NCBI RefSeq assembly: GCF_001194135.2
Contig: NC_068985.1
Span: 29,699,203 to 29,737,806 of the forward strand
Length of the DNA stretch: 38,604 bases
Direction: 5' to 3'
Source: Octopus bimaculoides
Lineage: Eukaryota
The notes under the pieces are model-generated. The model was not told where the DNA came from, did no database searches, and worked only from the letters and a program-made list of their open reading frames with translations. Shown here piece after piece: positions 1-12,798 of the stretch (position 1 is the first letter of the stretch; every line of letters starts with the position of its first letter). Position numbers and translations under genes: made by a program.

Positions 1-228
<228 letters not shown>

Positions 229-232
229 TGTG

Positions 233-1029
233 CCATAAATCCTCGAGTATAGTCTGCCATTGAGTATAATACGCAGGGGATTTTTAGGGGGCTGTAGATC
301 TGTACCGTGTGTGTAGTACGCACCCCTTCACTAACTTGAGTTAAGGAGGTCTATATAACATCCTTGGTTTGTAAACATATATATGGTAATGTCCTTTATT
401 ATTGTATATATAACATAATGCAAACATGTAGCTTTTTTGTGCACTTTGTTAGCAGAAAATAAGGAAATAACAGTAATAATGTCAGGGAAAAATAAATATT
501 AAGTAAATTGCCTTTCACATATTTATCACTATCAGTTACAAAAGCAGAAGCAAAAACATTTATTCAAATCCTTCAAATTCAACATCACTTCCAGCATCAA
601 ATAACTGTTCCATTTGTTCCTCCGTAAGCATGTCAGCATCATTGTAGTGTAAATTTCCGCCATCATCAGATTCATAGTCAGCATCAGAAGATTCACCTTC
701 ATTTATTTCATCTTTCCATACAACATCATCCTGAGTACCATCCTGTGCAGACGATATACAACACTTTTATTTTAATATATGTTGCTTACTGCAAGTTATG
801 GATGATTCTTTCATGACTTCATGACTTCATTGCTTTCAGGCTTAGCTTAAGGTATGTTCACGCCCGACATCACAAAATGCATCTGAATAAACATTGCCAG
901 ACAGCAAATAGGGACTCTGACATTGCTTAGAAAATATTTTTCATTTTTAACCTCGTATATAGTATGCATTAGGGATTTTGAGCTTTAAATTTGGAGGAAA
1001 AAATGCTGATTAAACTTGAGGATTTACAG
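233..1029 (-). mobile_element. Non-autonomous pogo/Tc2-type (Tc1/mariner superfamily) DNA transposon, internal deletion derivative
   Basis: Left TIR CCATAAATCCTCGAGTATAGTCTGC (233-257) matches the reverse complement of the right end, CTGTAAATCCTCAAGTTTAATCAGC (1005-1029). Several differences are CpG-type transitions. TA follows at 1030-1031 (TG at 231-232). A transposase C-terminus lies inside on the minus strand. Confidence 0.85.
560..766 (-). pseudogene. pogo-family transposase C-terminal remnant
   Basis: Minus-strand translation KCCISSAQDGTQDDVVWKDEINEGESSDADYESDD...DAGSDVEFEGFE* fits the known pogo/POGK-type 'KKCxISNALDGxEDD' motif plus acidic 'EFEGF' tail. No DDD core is present upstream. 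Confidence 0.8.
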
Positions 1030-1031
1030 TA

Positions 1032-1185
1032 GATATATATTGGGTATATGTATATATATATATAGTGTGTATATGTATACATATATAGTGTATGTGTATA
1101 CATAGTGTATATATGTATATGAATATGTAGTGGATATATGTGTATGTATAAATATATTAGTTTATATATATATTGTGTGTGTGTG

Positions 1186-1229
<44 letters not shown>

Positions 1230-1472
1230 ATATATGTGTGTGTGTATATATATATATATGTATATACATATTGAATATATATATATGTACCTATCTATTG
1301 CATATATGTATGTATATATATATATTGCATATTTGTATATATATGTTGTATATTAGTGTATATATATGTATTATATATATATATCTGTGTGTGTGTGTGT
1401 AATTGTATATATATGTGTGTGTATGTACATTTGCATGTATATATATATATTATATATGTATTGTATATTTGA

Positions 1473-1556
<84 letters not shown>

Positions 1557-2196
1557 NNNNNNNNNNNNNNNNNNNNNNNNNNNNNNNNNNNNNNNNNNNN
1601 NNNNNNNNNNNNNNNNNNNNNNNNNNNNNNNNNNNNNNNNNNNNNNNNNNNNNNNNNNNNNNNNNNNNNNNNNNNNNNNNNNNNNNNNNNNNNNNNNNNN
1701 NNNNNNNNNNNNNNNNNNNNNNNNNNNNNNNNNNNNNNNNNNNNNNNNNNNNNNNNNNNNNNNNNNNNNNNNNNNNNNNNNNNNNNNNNNNNNNNNNNAT
1801 ATATATAGAAATATAGGTATATTCAATGTATTTTCAGTATATATATATACATATATATTCAATGTATATTCTATATATATATATATATATATATTTAATG
1901 TATATTCTATATATCTATATATTTATTTATTTATTTATATTCTTTATATAAATATATATATTCAATTTATATACATTTATGTATATATATTTGTATATAT
2001 ATATATATATAAATATATGTATATATGTACAAATATACATGTATATATGCACATGTATTGTATATTTGCATATATTTATTGTATAATGCATATATATATG
2101 GTATAGATATATATATATATCTATCTTGTAGATACGTCCATTTGCATATATATATGTATTATGTATATTGTATATATGCACATTCTTATATGTATG

Positions 2197-2263
<67 letters not shown>

Positions 2264-2356
2264 TTTATGCTTGTGTTTGTTTGTGTGTGTGTGTGTGTGT
2301 GTGTATACATATATATATATGTGTGGTGTGTATATATATATATATATATATATATG
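1032..2356. repeat. Compound (TA)n/(TG)n low-complexity field spanning an assembly gap
   Basis: Read directly from the sequence; it produces the spurious I/Y/C/V ORFs in the track. Confidence 0.97.
1557..1798. other. Assembly gap
   Basis: N run. Confidence 0.99.
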
Positions 2357-4510
2357 GTTTAATAGGGTAAAATAGCCGTAATGTGTGTCTGTTAATCCTA
2401 TAAGTTCTTTTAGATTGAATGTAAATGAAAGGTTATTTCATATTTTTAAAAATAATCATCTAAATATGAAAATATGCATTAATTCCATATACACTACTTA
2501 GTAACACAAATTATTATTTAATATGCGGTATTCTTGTTAACATTTCTTTTGACACCATAGTTCGAATATTTTGAGTAATCACAGTTTTGCATTATGAATT
2601 ACCTGGTTTGCTAACTCTGTAATCCTGTAAAGCAACGTCTATTAAATTAAGTGTTTAGTGTGTGCATGTGTGTACATATTTATGTGTGTGTATGTATGGA
2701 AGTTGTGTGTGTGTATGTATATAATATCAAAGAGTTTTATTTATTTATTTATGTTTTCTTGGTGTTCAGGTGAAATTATCAGCTGAAATAGAAAGAAAGA
2801 AAAAGAAATTATTTATTCAAATTTTCTTTGTCTATTCCTCACTTTCAAACGCAAAAATGATTTCTTGAACAGGGATTGAGCAACTAGATTTGTTTGAGTA
2901 GCAAAGTGAAACCTGTTATATACATGCCTACATGCATCATCACACAATACATAGACATATATCGAATAGGCACAAAGCAAGTAGATTTCTACGTGTCTTG
3001 CTAAGCGAAAGTTATCCACATGCATACATAAATAATATAAAGACCTTCAAATATGTATACCTATGAATGTGTAATTAAACATTTACATGCATGCACCAAC
3101 TCACAAACAAATATATGGATACCTCCACACATACGTACTTAAGTAGAAGTGAAATTTTATATAAAACCATTCTGTGATTTGATTCATTTAACAACATAAA
3201 TTCCCCAAACAGTTTTACTTGTTATTCAGAAAAGTACTCTCACTCCTTACTTACTGTCAAACTCAAAGAAAGCACTATAATGACATTTACAAATTTGTAC
3301 CATATTTAGTTTAAAAAAAACCAAAACAACAAAAACATTTACCTTTAAATGAACTTTAATTAAGCTGCGTAGTAGCTTTAAGTCCTCATTAAGGTAGCCC
3401 TTCAATCCCGGTTTGATTGACATTTTGAAGTCTCCTCACTTCAGTAGAGTAAGGGGTTAAGCTTCACAACATCCCATTTCCCCTGTCCCCTCCCCAAATA
3501 TTTTTTCTTTTTAAGCTTAATGTAAGAAACTATTACACTGCAATTTTTTTTTTTTTTTACTTATGTATATTCTTTTACTGCTTTCAGTTGTTGGGACAGT
3601 GGCCGTGAGAAGACACCATGCATACACACATAACTTTATATATATGTGTGTGTATATATGTGTGTGTGTGTATATATATATATAAACCTCTCTTAATTTA
3701 ATTTTATTGTTTCCTTGATATAGATTAACTAAGGAAAGGATTCATTGTCTTTATTTCATCTGTATGGGATTTTTTTTGTTTGTTTATTGTTGTTCTCTTT
3801 CATTGTGAATGGAGTAATATATTGACAAAGTAGCTCAGTGGAGAAAGTATTGTACTACAAACTTACTGCTGTCATATTGAATTTCTGAATGAGGCTCTTG
3901 AATCTGCATCCCTCTGCCAAAATAGCTAACCTGTCAGAACAACTGGGTATATTCATACATACCTGGAGAAGGCAATGACAAACTTGTTCATTGTTTGTTT
4001 CTTTGTCTCCGATATTCTGTAAATTGCTTCTGTAAATCTGCATGTTCATCAGAAGTTGCTTTCAAATAAATGACATATTTATCTTAGGTTCTTGAGAAAG
4101 GCATAATTACATATTCTCTCTTGTCCTGCCTGCCTCCTATAGTTCCTAAGAAAGAGCAGATGGCTAAGTCAAAGCAAAATTATTAATCACGAGGGTTCCC
4201 CATTTGTTTCTTGTCACCACTGTGTCTTTGATTTAGATGTTCAATTTTTAAATGACCCTGTCCACCAATGCAAAATAGTACAGTAATGGCTGTAAAAGTG
4301 ATGAATATTTTGTTAGCATGCAGTATCTGGATCAACAAGATCTCTGGTGATATCTTAAGTATTGGATATGTCTAGCTGATTTTCTGCCTATGTATATCAC
4401 ATATATCAGACAAAGATACACTACATGAAGAAGATCAGTTCATTAATGCTATTCTTATAATGGCCTAGCAACTTATGAGACTCACTGTAGATCCAAGAGT
4501 TCATGCCCAC

Positions 4511-4734
4511 TTAACCCTTTAGTGTTCACATTATTCTGCCATAATTAATGCTTTTTTATCCACATTATTTTGAACTAATCATGCATTATCTCGTAGCTAT
4601 GAGATTTTGATGAGGTAGCTGTTGATTTTTTAAACCATATTGTAGGGTTGGTGTGAGAGACCAGATCTGGGCAGTTTGAACATAGGCAGAATACTTTTGG
4701 CCAGATATGGCCGGTTTAAATGCTAAAGGGTTAA
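4511..4734. mobile_element. piggyBac-type MITE with TTAA target-site duplication
   Basis: TTAA|CCCTTTAGTGTTC (4511-4527) ... AAATGCTAAAGGG|TTAA (4718-4734). The insert is 216 bp and non-coding. Confidence 0.85.
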
Positions 4735-5917
4735 AGGTGGAAGCTGACCACTTCAGTGTATCTATACAAAATCTTGTATATAATCAGCTGGAGTTGCCTT
4801 TCGACTTGCTGACTCATTTAACTTACATTTTGGTATAAGAAGGAAGTCACTGGGATTTAAAGATGGCAGCATAAAACCTTCTCCACTGTAGCAACTTTAT
4901 ATTCACTGCTTCTGTCTGAACTTTACAACATTTTTTTCATTTATTCACCCAACTCTTCAAGCTCTGAGATAAATAATTACATCAAGAAGTTAGTAGCAGG
5001 CATCTGAAAAAAAAAATAAAATCAATATAATTTATCTCATGGTTGTTGTGAGAAGGCCCTGTGGATTTGGTAGAGATGGTAGTTAGCTCCTACCAAACTG
5101 AATGTGTAACTTGGGCTGGATTCCCAGCTGCAGCTTTTTACTTCACTTACTTTGCTGATGCTGTTGGAAAAGGCATGCATATTGCAACTTCCATTTCTAT
5201 ATCCCCTAAAGTCAAAAGAGCTGACTTATGGTCACAAAGTGTCTAGTAAATTCCATGACTTATTTGATAGGACACTAATCAATCGAGTGGTAAGTGTTTT
5301 GTGTTCTCATGCTGACACTACATACTGTGTTAGGGTGATACATTTTATTACAGTAAGCAGTGGAAGCATTGTAAAATTGTCAAGTGTTTTCTTTGGATTT
5401 TAGTACTGAACTCTTGTTGTGAGTGCAACCCAAATATGGAATTTTATGCACTGGTTTCATCTATGAGTCAGCAGTGGACAGGTGGCCATGCAGTGGTGGA
5501 TATTTACATCATGAAAATTCAAACTATTGATGAATCATCTGAAAATTTATTTTATTTTAGTGATCTTGTATTTTTTTTTTTTTTGCTTTGATTTTCCGTT
5601 TGATCATTGTGGTGGTGAGAGGATCAAGTGAAAAAGGTTTTGAACTAGATTCTCAAAGGCATCAATTCAAATCCCCTGCACACACATTTCTTGCTTCTAG
5701 GCTGAGCAATTTGTTATACATTGCTTGTGTTCACTTGTGTTTTTTTGTAAATATGAACCAGCTTATTTGGGAATGTTATTGACTGTCCAAGAAGAGATTA
5801 ATCTCTTACCCACTTAGTACCATGAAATATCAGCTAAGCACCAGTACTTCAAAGACCAATACCACCACCACCACATACACCTCTAAAACTAGAGAGGAAT
5901 TTACAGTTTTTTGACTA

Positions 5918-6172
5918 TGGTAAGGTGATTATCATTGTTGTCACAGTGGTGTAAATGGTAATGCCTATTGTCACAATGGTGTTGGTGATGGCTGCTGTCA
6001 CTGTAGCAATCATATTGACGGTGATGGTGGAGATGGTTGTTGTCAGTAGTGGTTAGGGTGATGGTTCTTGTCACCATGATGACAACGGTAATGGCTCTTG
6101 TCACAATAGTACTGTCATTGATGTTAATGGTAATGGTAGTGATGGTTCTTGTCACAGTGATGATGGTGATAC
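5918..6172. repeat. Degenerate GGT/GAT-derived minisatellite anchored on TGTCA(C)
   Basis: TGTCA at 5939, 5969, 5996, 6041, 6069, 6099, 6113 and 6150; unit resembles GGTGATGGTTCTTGTCACANTGAT. Confidence 0.8.
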
Positions 6173-6461
6173 CTTGGTTGAAGATTCGTCATAAGGGGTC
6201 TGATTTAGCTTAATGTCTTTTTGTGGTTCTTGATCATGAGGATTCTGATTGTCTGTTAGATGGTGACCTTTACCATTTTCATTCCTCCCGGAGTATTAAT
6301 AAAATCAAATCACCATTAATATATATATATATACATTAACTTCTCTCTCTCTCTTTAATAAAATAGATTAAATTCTATTTTAATTCCCTCTCACTGTTAA
6401 CAAGAATCAAAAGAAACCATTGTGTGCCTCATTAAAAGAATTACTTGTATTCTGTTAAGGA

Positions 6462-6483
6462 TGGTGGTGGTGGTGGTGGTGGT
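6462..6483. repeat. (TGG)n microsatellite
   Basis: Read directly. Confidence 0.9.
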
Positions 6484-6972
6484 ATTCTTATGATAAAAGA
6501 ATGAGGGTAGGGATGATGGTCGGAAGAGTTAAGGACTGGCCTTAAAATAACTTGTAAAATAAAACAAGATCTAATATTTCACTGGATTAATTTGCTCTTA
6601 AAATATAAGCAAGGAAGATTTATGAATGTCGTATTGATGCTGAAGTAAAGGAAAAATTACATTTAATAACAATTTCAGCCTTAATTAAAAGGTTAAAAAA
6701 ATAAGTATCTGAGGTAACTTTCGATCATCTGCATCAGGTAAAAAACAATTTGAAATTTGTAAAAAAAATCAAAATAAATTTGTGTGCTGTGAGAAAAGAT
6801 GAATTTTCTTTGACATTTTGGGTTGGGCTCTGGAATTTTAACCGATTTTTATCAATATTTCCGTGCACTACCCAAATCATCAGACCCCCCCCCCATCTCT
6901 GGAACTTATCTTACATATTGTATAAAGGAAAAAGTCCAAGGAAACTATTATTGGTTTGTGTTGGCCAAAAAA

Positions 6973-6996
6973 AAACAAACAAACAAACAAACAAAC
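6973..6996. repeat. (AAAC)n microsatellite
   Basis: Read directly. Confidence 0.9.
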
Positions 6997-7864
6997 AAAA
7001 AAAGTTAATCTATTTTGAAAAGAAGTGTCCTAGCATTTCAAAGCACAAACTTACATTATTTTACAAATTTTACAATTAATGCTAATTAACAGCACCACTT
7101 CCTTTTTACTTTTATATTCATTATTTCACTTTTGCATTGTTGTGTTTTTTTTTATAAGTTGTTTCTGTACCCAAATGTCCTTCCAGTCACTAACTATTTA
7201 AGTATAAAGGAGATATGGGACTGTTTTTTAAAAATACTTTAAAGCAGTCTACAGCAACCAGTGATATATTTCTCTCTAGAAACTCAACACAACAGCTGCT
7301 GTGAGATTTGAAATACAGCCACTTTGTAGTCTTACACTCTGTTTTAACCTCACAGTCACCATAACAAATAGATTCAACAGATTTATTCAGTCTTTCTTGA
7401 GCATTGAGATGACTTTCCTCTTTCTACTTTACTAAAGTTGTTGTTATTGGATAGCTGTGCTCAACCACTAAAAGAGTGGTCATTTGATATTGAAGTAGCT
7501 ATTTTAATGCATCAATTTTCCCCTTTGTACCCATCTAATCTTCGTTGTGGAACCTAAAATCTGTGACTTAAAATATATAGTCATCCATTTTGCTATTAAA
7601 TTTAATGGGTGGTTATCATTTATTCCTGGGTCAATGCTGATCTATCGGACCTATAGTGCTTAAATAAGTTTAAGTGAATTGGTGTGAGCTGCTTTATATA
7701 TATATATGTTTACATATACACACATCATACCTCCCCTTGGTGGAGAACCATAGTGTGTACTCAGACAAATCGTGGTTTATCATCTGAGGTACTGTGTGGT
7801 AGTCTGGACATAACATTTTCTCCATTGTCCACTCTGTTCATGTATACTTCTTATTGATATGTAG

Positions 7865-7945
7865 GTATTTATTTGTTGTTTATCTCCAAGTTGGCCCAAA
7901 TCCAGCAGGCCTATGATTGAAGGCTTTCCATCCATAATAATTTTT
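7865..7945 (+). mobile_element. Decayed fragment of a dispersed SINE-like repeat (related pieces at ~7615-7670 and ~17095-17165)
   Basis: Shared core resembling (C/G)AGCAG(G/A)CCTATGAT(T/C)(G/A)AAGG among the three sites; the alignment is loose. Confidence 0.4.
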
Positions 7946-8364
7946 TTGAGCAGTCACATAAAGTTCCCATTGTAGGTAGTTTAAACAACTAGGTTCACAT
8001 GTCCATTGTCCCAGATATATCATGCCCCTACCTAGTGGAGAACCACACTGAGTTATGCAGTGGATTATTTCTCTATTGCCCAGTCTGTTCTTGTATGCCT
8101 GTAGGTTCTGGCGATAGACACAAGAGGTGGGCAAGGTGGACTTGGTCAGAGAACAGCTGTCACTGTTCCTCTGCATTTATCTCTGGTGGTGTGCATCTTA
8201 GCACAGTATTTGGAAATTAAAGAAGTTGTTGATGCTGCTGCTTTTTCTTTGTAATGTGCTTGATTGCACCCGTAGTCCTCCTTGTGAATGCAGAGGGTCA
8301 AATTTGATAGGGTATGTTTTGAATGGTTGTTAGTTCATAACCTGTCACAAGCACTGTTGTGATA

Positions 8365-8590
8365 TACTCTTGGTCAAGACATCAGCTTTCACCAGCCCTG
8401 TCCACCTGGCTGCAGGTAGGTGTGTTGACATGAAAAATAAAATTCATTACTGTAAGAAGCAGAAGCTTCAATAAAAACTGATGAGTGATTTGTTAGCTTG
8501 TAGTGCCAAGTTCGGTTCTACCCACAGGAATAGTTGCCTGCGATAGACTGGCATCCCATTCAGGAGGTGATTGTGTCTCTTCTCATGATA
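8365..8590 (+). mobile_element. Decayed SINE-like element
   Basis: Contains TTGGTCAAGACA..CCCTGTCCACCTGGCTG and CCTGCGATAGACTGGCATCCCATTCAGG. These resemble central and 3' motifs of widespread metazoan tRNA-SINEs, recalled from memory and not searched. Confidence 0.45.
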
Positions 8591-9136
8591 ACCGTTCCTT
8601 TTTGTAGAGGAAAAGTAATGCATCTCTCTTTCCCCACTCCTCACTAAATCCTCAAGTTATTAGAAAGAATGAATGGCCTGTGTGTGTGTGGATGCACATT
8701 TATGTATAGATATACATGCACACTTTTTCTTTAATGCCATCAACTTCACTCATATTTACCTACCACTATTCTGACCTCAAAAGGGGCTGCCTTCTATATA
8801 CAGAGAGGATATAGATGAATAAATAAGGAACACTAGTTGTTAACTGTTTTAAATTTTTAATATTTAAAAATTTTGAACAATAGTTCACAGCTTAACCATA
8901 CAACTATTATTATACCTTGCATATAAGGCACAATGAATAAAGTTTGAATCTTATTATAACCAGTGTTGTGCCTCTGAGCAAGGTATCTGTAAGCAGTACT
9001 TTTGTGGAGAAAGCCTCCGCACTTTGTATCCAACTCCACATTGCACATACTGAGTAAATCTCTTTCTGCTCCACCAGGTTCACCACAGCACATACATAAG
9101 AAGTGCAAAAGCTCCTCTGTATATTAAGCCAACATA

Positions 9137-10425
9137 AGTATTGATAATATTCCTTCCATTACCTTCAAACAATATGCATCAGAGCTATCCTTACCCTCAC
9201 CAAACAGTTCACCTCTTTCTCTCTATTGAGTTAGATCCTGCTCTTTGGAAACACTACAGTGAGACCCATAGTCATGAAGAGCAACACTTCAGAGACCATG
9301 CCAGTTAATCATCTTGCATTTATTTCCAACATCTAAAAGGTCATGGAAATAACCACTTTCATTTCCCTTTTGCATCTTTATTTCTTTTCCTCTTTAATGA
9401 CCAAATGACGTCTAGTATAGCTTCAATGAATCCAGATCTACTGGAAATTGTTCTGTTTGGTTACTCACTGGTGGATTCTTGCTCTCAAGAAATTTGGTAA
9501 AAACAGGTGTCATTGCTCTTCATATCAGCAGGGCTTTCAACTGTGTCTGGCATGTAGATCTCCAGGTAAAAACTGGATTGGTTGCTTCTTGTTGGATTTG
9601 ACATCATGGAGTGTACTGATGAAGCGCTCTTGCCTTAATTCTTATGTGACCCAGGGCTTGGTTCTGCCTGCCCTTTCCTCCTACCTACTTCCTTTTATTT
9701 CCAATAACATCCTCTTTTATGCAGATGGTACCATCCTTCAATCCCTGCCTAACCTTCCACATCTAAGTATCATCCACATGTTACATAGTCACCTCAAGCC
9801 AAATTTGCACTGAATCCATGAATAGAAATGCTGAAAATATTCATGATGGAATCATACCAATCTTGTCTGCTTTAATAGCACAAGGGCTCATTATCTACAC
9901 ATATCTAGAAAATAGTATTATATGTCCCTTCCTCTAAGCATTGACAGGATACTACTAAAACCTCAAAATGCTAGGTCTCATGGTAAATGCACATTCTCAG
10001 CAGAACTAAAACTGCATCACAAAAACTGGTCTTCAACTTCAGGGCCAGAAAATATCTTAACTCTCAACCTTATTAACTTGCACAATGGAGAACACATTTG
10101 GGACTCTGCTGCTGCTACATGCACAGACATCCTAGATCACATCCAAATGATAGCCATCACACTGGTTGGTAGGCAGTTATTCAATGGCACACTCTGCATC
10201 TGGTTCACAGATGTACTGTCACCTCTCTGGTTTTTTTTTTTTGGTTTTTTGTGACCGCTGTTTCTTGGAGCTAGTTGGTTTCATGCTACCCCCACTGAGG
10301 TACTCCCAACTTTTTGTTTTTCCTCTTTCTGTTGTATACCTTCTCCTTCAGGCTCTGCATAAATTATGCTACTATGCCCAGTATTTCCTTCCCAGAATGT
10401 TGCCCACCCCCATTGAAATTCTCAT
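9137..10425 (+). mobile_element. Degraded CR1/Jockey-group non-LTR retrotransposon, reverse transcriptase and C-terminal region
   Basis: Frameshifted motifs occur in the expected order: DNIPSITFKQYASEL (~9143), ALHISRAFNCVWH (9515-9553), NSYVTQGLVL (PQG motif), FYADG (9715-9729), then HIWDSAAATCTDILDHIQ and YAQYFLPR. Confidence 0.9.
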
Positions 10426-10994
10426 ATTTTTTTAAAGTTGCTTAAGAGGAGTGTTAACAGCATTGATCTAACTAGTTATAGAGTCCCTATACAGGCTATA
10501 GGCACTTCCTCCATACCTTACCCTTAAAAAATAATAACGATTTTAGATCTGATTTTTATTGCTCCAATTGGCTTGAAAACAGGCCCCACTCCCTGATTCA
10601 CAGTTCAGTAGTTGTCAGTAGGATAAAAGTTATTGTAAGCCATCCCACCTATGAAAACGGAAATATATATAATATAGTGAGAAATAAATGACTAATTATG
10701 AAAAAATGCCTGGTCATTGGAGAGCACAAGTTGTAGTTGTAGCAAACTCCAGCCTTGAGTCCCCTGCAGCAACAACATATTTTGTTTCTAACTGAAGATC
10801 TCATTACCATCGAGTTGCCTTGTACCACAGCTGTGTCTGCTAACTGCAAACTTTGTGGTTAGATGGTGTATCCACAGTTTACTGTTGCTGGTAGCCTTGT
10901 GTAATGGATACTATGACTGCTGCTTAAAAATTCTGTCTGGAAGCCTTGTTGTCAGTTAACCCTTCCACAGGCCATAACTGTAGGCATCACTGTA

Positions 10995-11017
10995 ACTACT
11001 ACTACTACTACTACTAC
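10995..11017. repeat. (ACT)n microsatellite
   Basis: Read directly. Confidence 0.9.
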
Positions 11018-11599
11018 CTATTCTCACAGTAAACCCTGTTGTCACTTGACTCTTTCATAGGCTCCCACATGTAGTTACTATTACAAGAAACACGGTCATG
11101 AAAAATGAATTGTGTGACTTGGATACAACAGGTATAAAGTATGAGCAACCACACAGAAGACACTTGCCCTTTCATTGGCTTTTTTAAAAAAGATTTTGTT
11201 ATTAGTTTATTGTTCAACTCTTGCTCCTTGTACACTTATATGGTGTGGGTCAACTATAATTGTTCCAATTACAATGGAAACCAATTTGTCTGTGGTTTCT
11301 TCTAATCCCCATTTCTGAATGTTGTAGGGAAGTTGCTGAGTGAAATGTGGGTTTTACATTAATCAAGCAGCAGACAAACTTCTCTAGTTTGAGAGATTTT
11401 CAGTTTAACAGCCCAGGAAGCATGGATTAATAAAGATGACTTTATCCCCACAGTGCAAGTTGAAACCACTTTGCTACAAAATATCCAAATTTGATTAGGT
11501 TCCACTTTAATCCTTCTGACACAACCAACCTAAGGCCACCTTACATTCTTTATTGATGATGATTTCTCCTAAATGTACTACAAGATTGTAAGTTGTGGG

Positions 11600-11710
11600 A
11601 GTAAGGGTATGGGCCACTTAAATTATGATGTAGTATATGATTAGTCTTTCTTCAATCAGAGAGAGTTGAAAGGCAAAGCCAAACCTGAGATCAGAGTGTA
11701 GAAGACAAAA
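11600..11710 (-). mobile_element. Heavily CpG-decayed copy of the tRNA-derived SINE family seen at 22.35-23.4 kb
   Basis: GAGTTGAAAGGCAAAGCCAAACC matches the reverse complement of the GTCGACTTTGC(C/T)TTTCATCC core. Confidence 0.55.
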
Positions 11711-12039
11711 CTATATTCTGTAAAATATTTAGTCTGGTGCCTCAATATTTCTTGCAAACTGGATATTCCCATAGATAATAATGATTATTTTACATTGTCA
11801 CAAGGTCACATATTAATTGAGGCAGAATAAGATTTTTTTTCAGCCCAAGTTGGAACATACTGGGTATATTTTATCCATTTGGTTAGATTGTATAAGTCCC
11901 ATGTCTGTATTTACTTCTGTCTATGATTTGATTTGAACTTAACACACAATGATAGAATTCGATATTGCTCTGTACCATTTCTTCCACTCTACCAACTTAA
12001 TAATTATCAAAATGATAATAAAATAATTAAAAAAATTAT

Positions 12040-12185
12040 TTCTAACATTGGCCCAGTTCCACAAAGTTTGGAAGAAGTGAAAGGTAAAGTTGACCTCAGT
12101 GAAAAAATTGAACTTAAAACAAAGAGATATATCCAAATCTTGCAAGAAATTTCATTTCATTATTCTGCTGTTTCAGCTAACCACT
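12040..12185 (-). mobile_element. CpG-decayed tRNA-derived SINE copy
   Basis: AAAGGTAAAGTTGACCTCAGTGAAAAAATTGAACTTAAAAC is the reverse complement of the B-box plus core of the 22.5 kb copy, with CpGs converted to TG/CA. Confidence 0.7.
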
Positions 12186-12299
12186 ATAATAATAATAATA
12201 ATAATAATTTTTACTATAGGCACAAGGCTTGGAGTAATAATAATATCTAACATGTGTACTGTTCCATAAGCTCAGAAGCTGAGAGCAGTGAAATTGTCT

Positions 12300-12385
12300 C
12301 CATTACTTGATCAGTGTCTTATTTTATCAAGCTGTGGTAGATGGAAAAGCTAAGCCCCAGCTGGCAAAATTTGAATTCAAAACAA
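12300..12385 (-). mobile_element. CpG-decayed tRNA-derived SINE copy
   Basis: CTTATTTTATCAAG..GATGGAAAAGCTAAG..GCAAAATTTGAATTCAAAAC is the reverse complement of the same family core. Confidence 0.65.
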
Positions 12386-12798
12386 ATAAATGACATAACT
12401 AAAATAAATAAATAAATAAAAAATTGCAAAGTGGCTAGTAGACTTAGTCCATTGCCCATTTTGATATCATCACCTGGTCCCAGTGGAGTCTCTTTCAAAC
12501 TTTCAGGCCAAGTTTCCAGTCCAATGATAACTCCTTCCCCTCTTTTGTTTCTCATTAATATTAGATGCCCTGCGAAAAACAAAAAAAAAAAGTGTATGGG
12601 GGGGGGGGAGGTTATAGTTGTTGCCTTTCCTCCCGTGGCTAAGCCATAAAAAATTATAAAAAAGACATTTTGACCAGCATTTTAACAATTCTACCATCCA
12701 CCACCATTAGTGATAATAATGATAAAAATAATTACATTTTTTTTCTTCACATTTTTGCATTGTCTACCTCAGTATGTATAATGAAGTACTTGCATCAT

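Noticed and set aside
5901-6155. Thr/Ile/His-rich 84-aa ORF (mucin-like)
   Set aside because: It is a by-product of the triplet-derived minisatellite.
7190-7425. ~79-codon stop-free minus-strand frame (KEESHLNAQERLNKSVESICYGDCEVKTE...)
   Set aside because: It has no start, a weak acceptor and no recognisable motif, and several frames of this length are expected by chance in 15 kb.
11061-11131. Plus-strand exon (TTTCATAG|...MKNELCDLDTT|GTATAA) as the first coding exon of the ZNF
   Set aside because: The donor is weak, and joining it to the 19316 acceptor in phase 1 hits a stop after ~24 codons.
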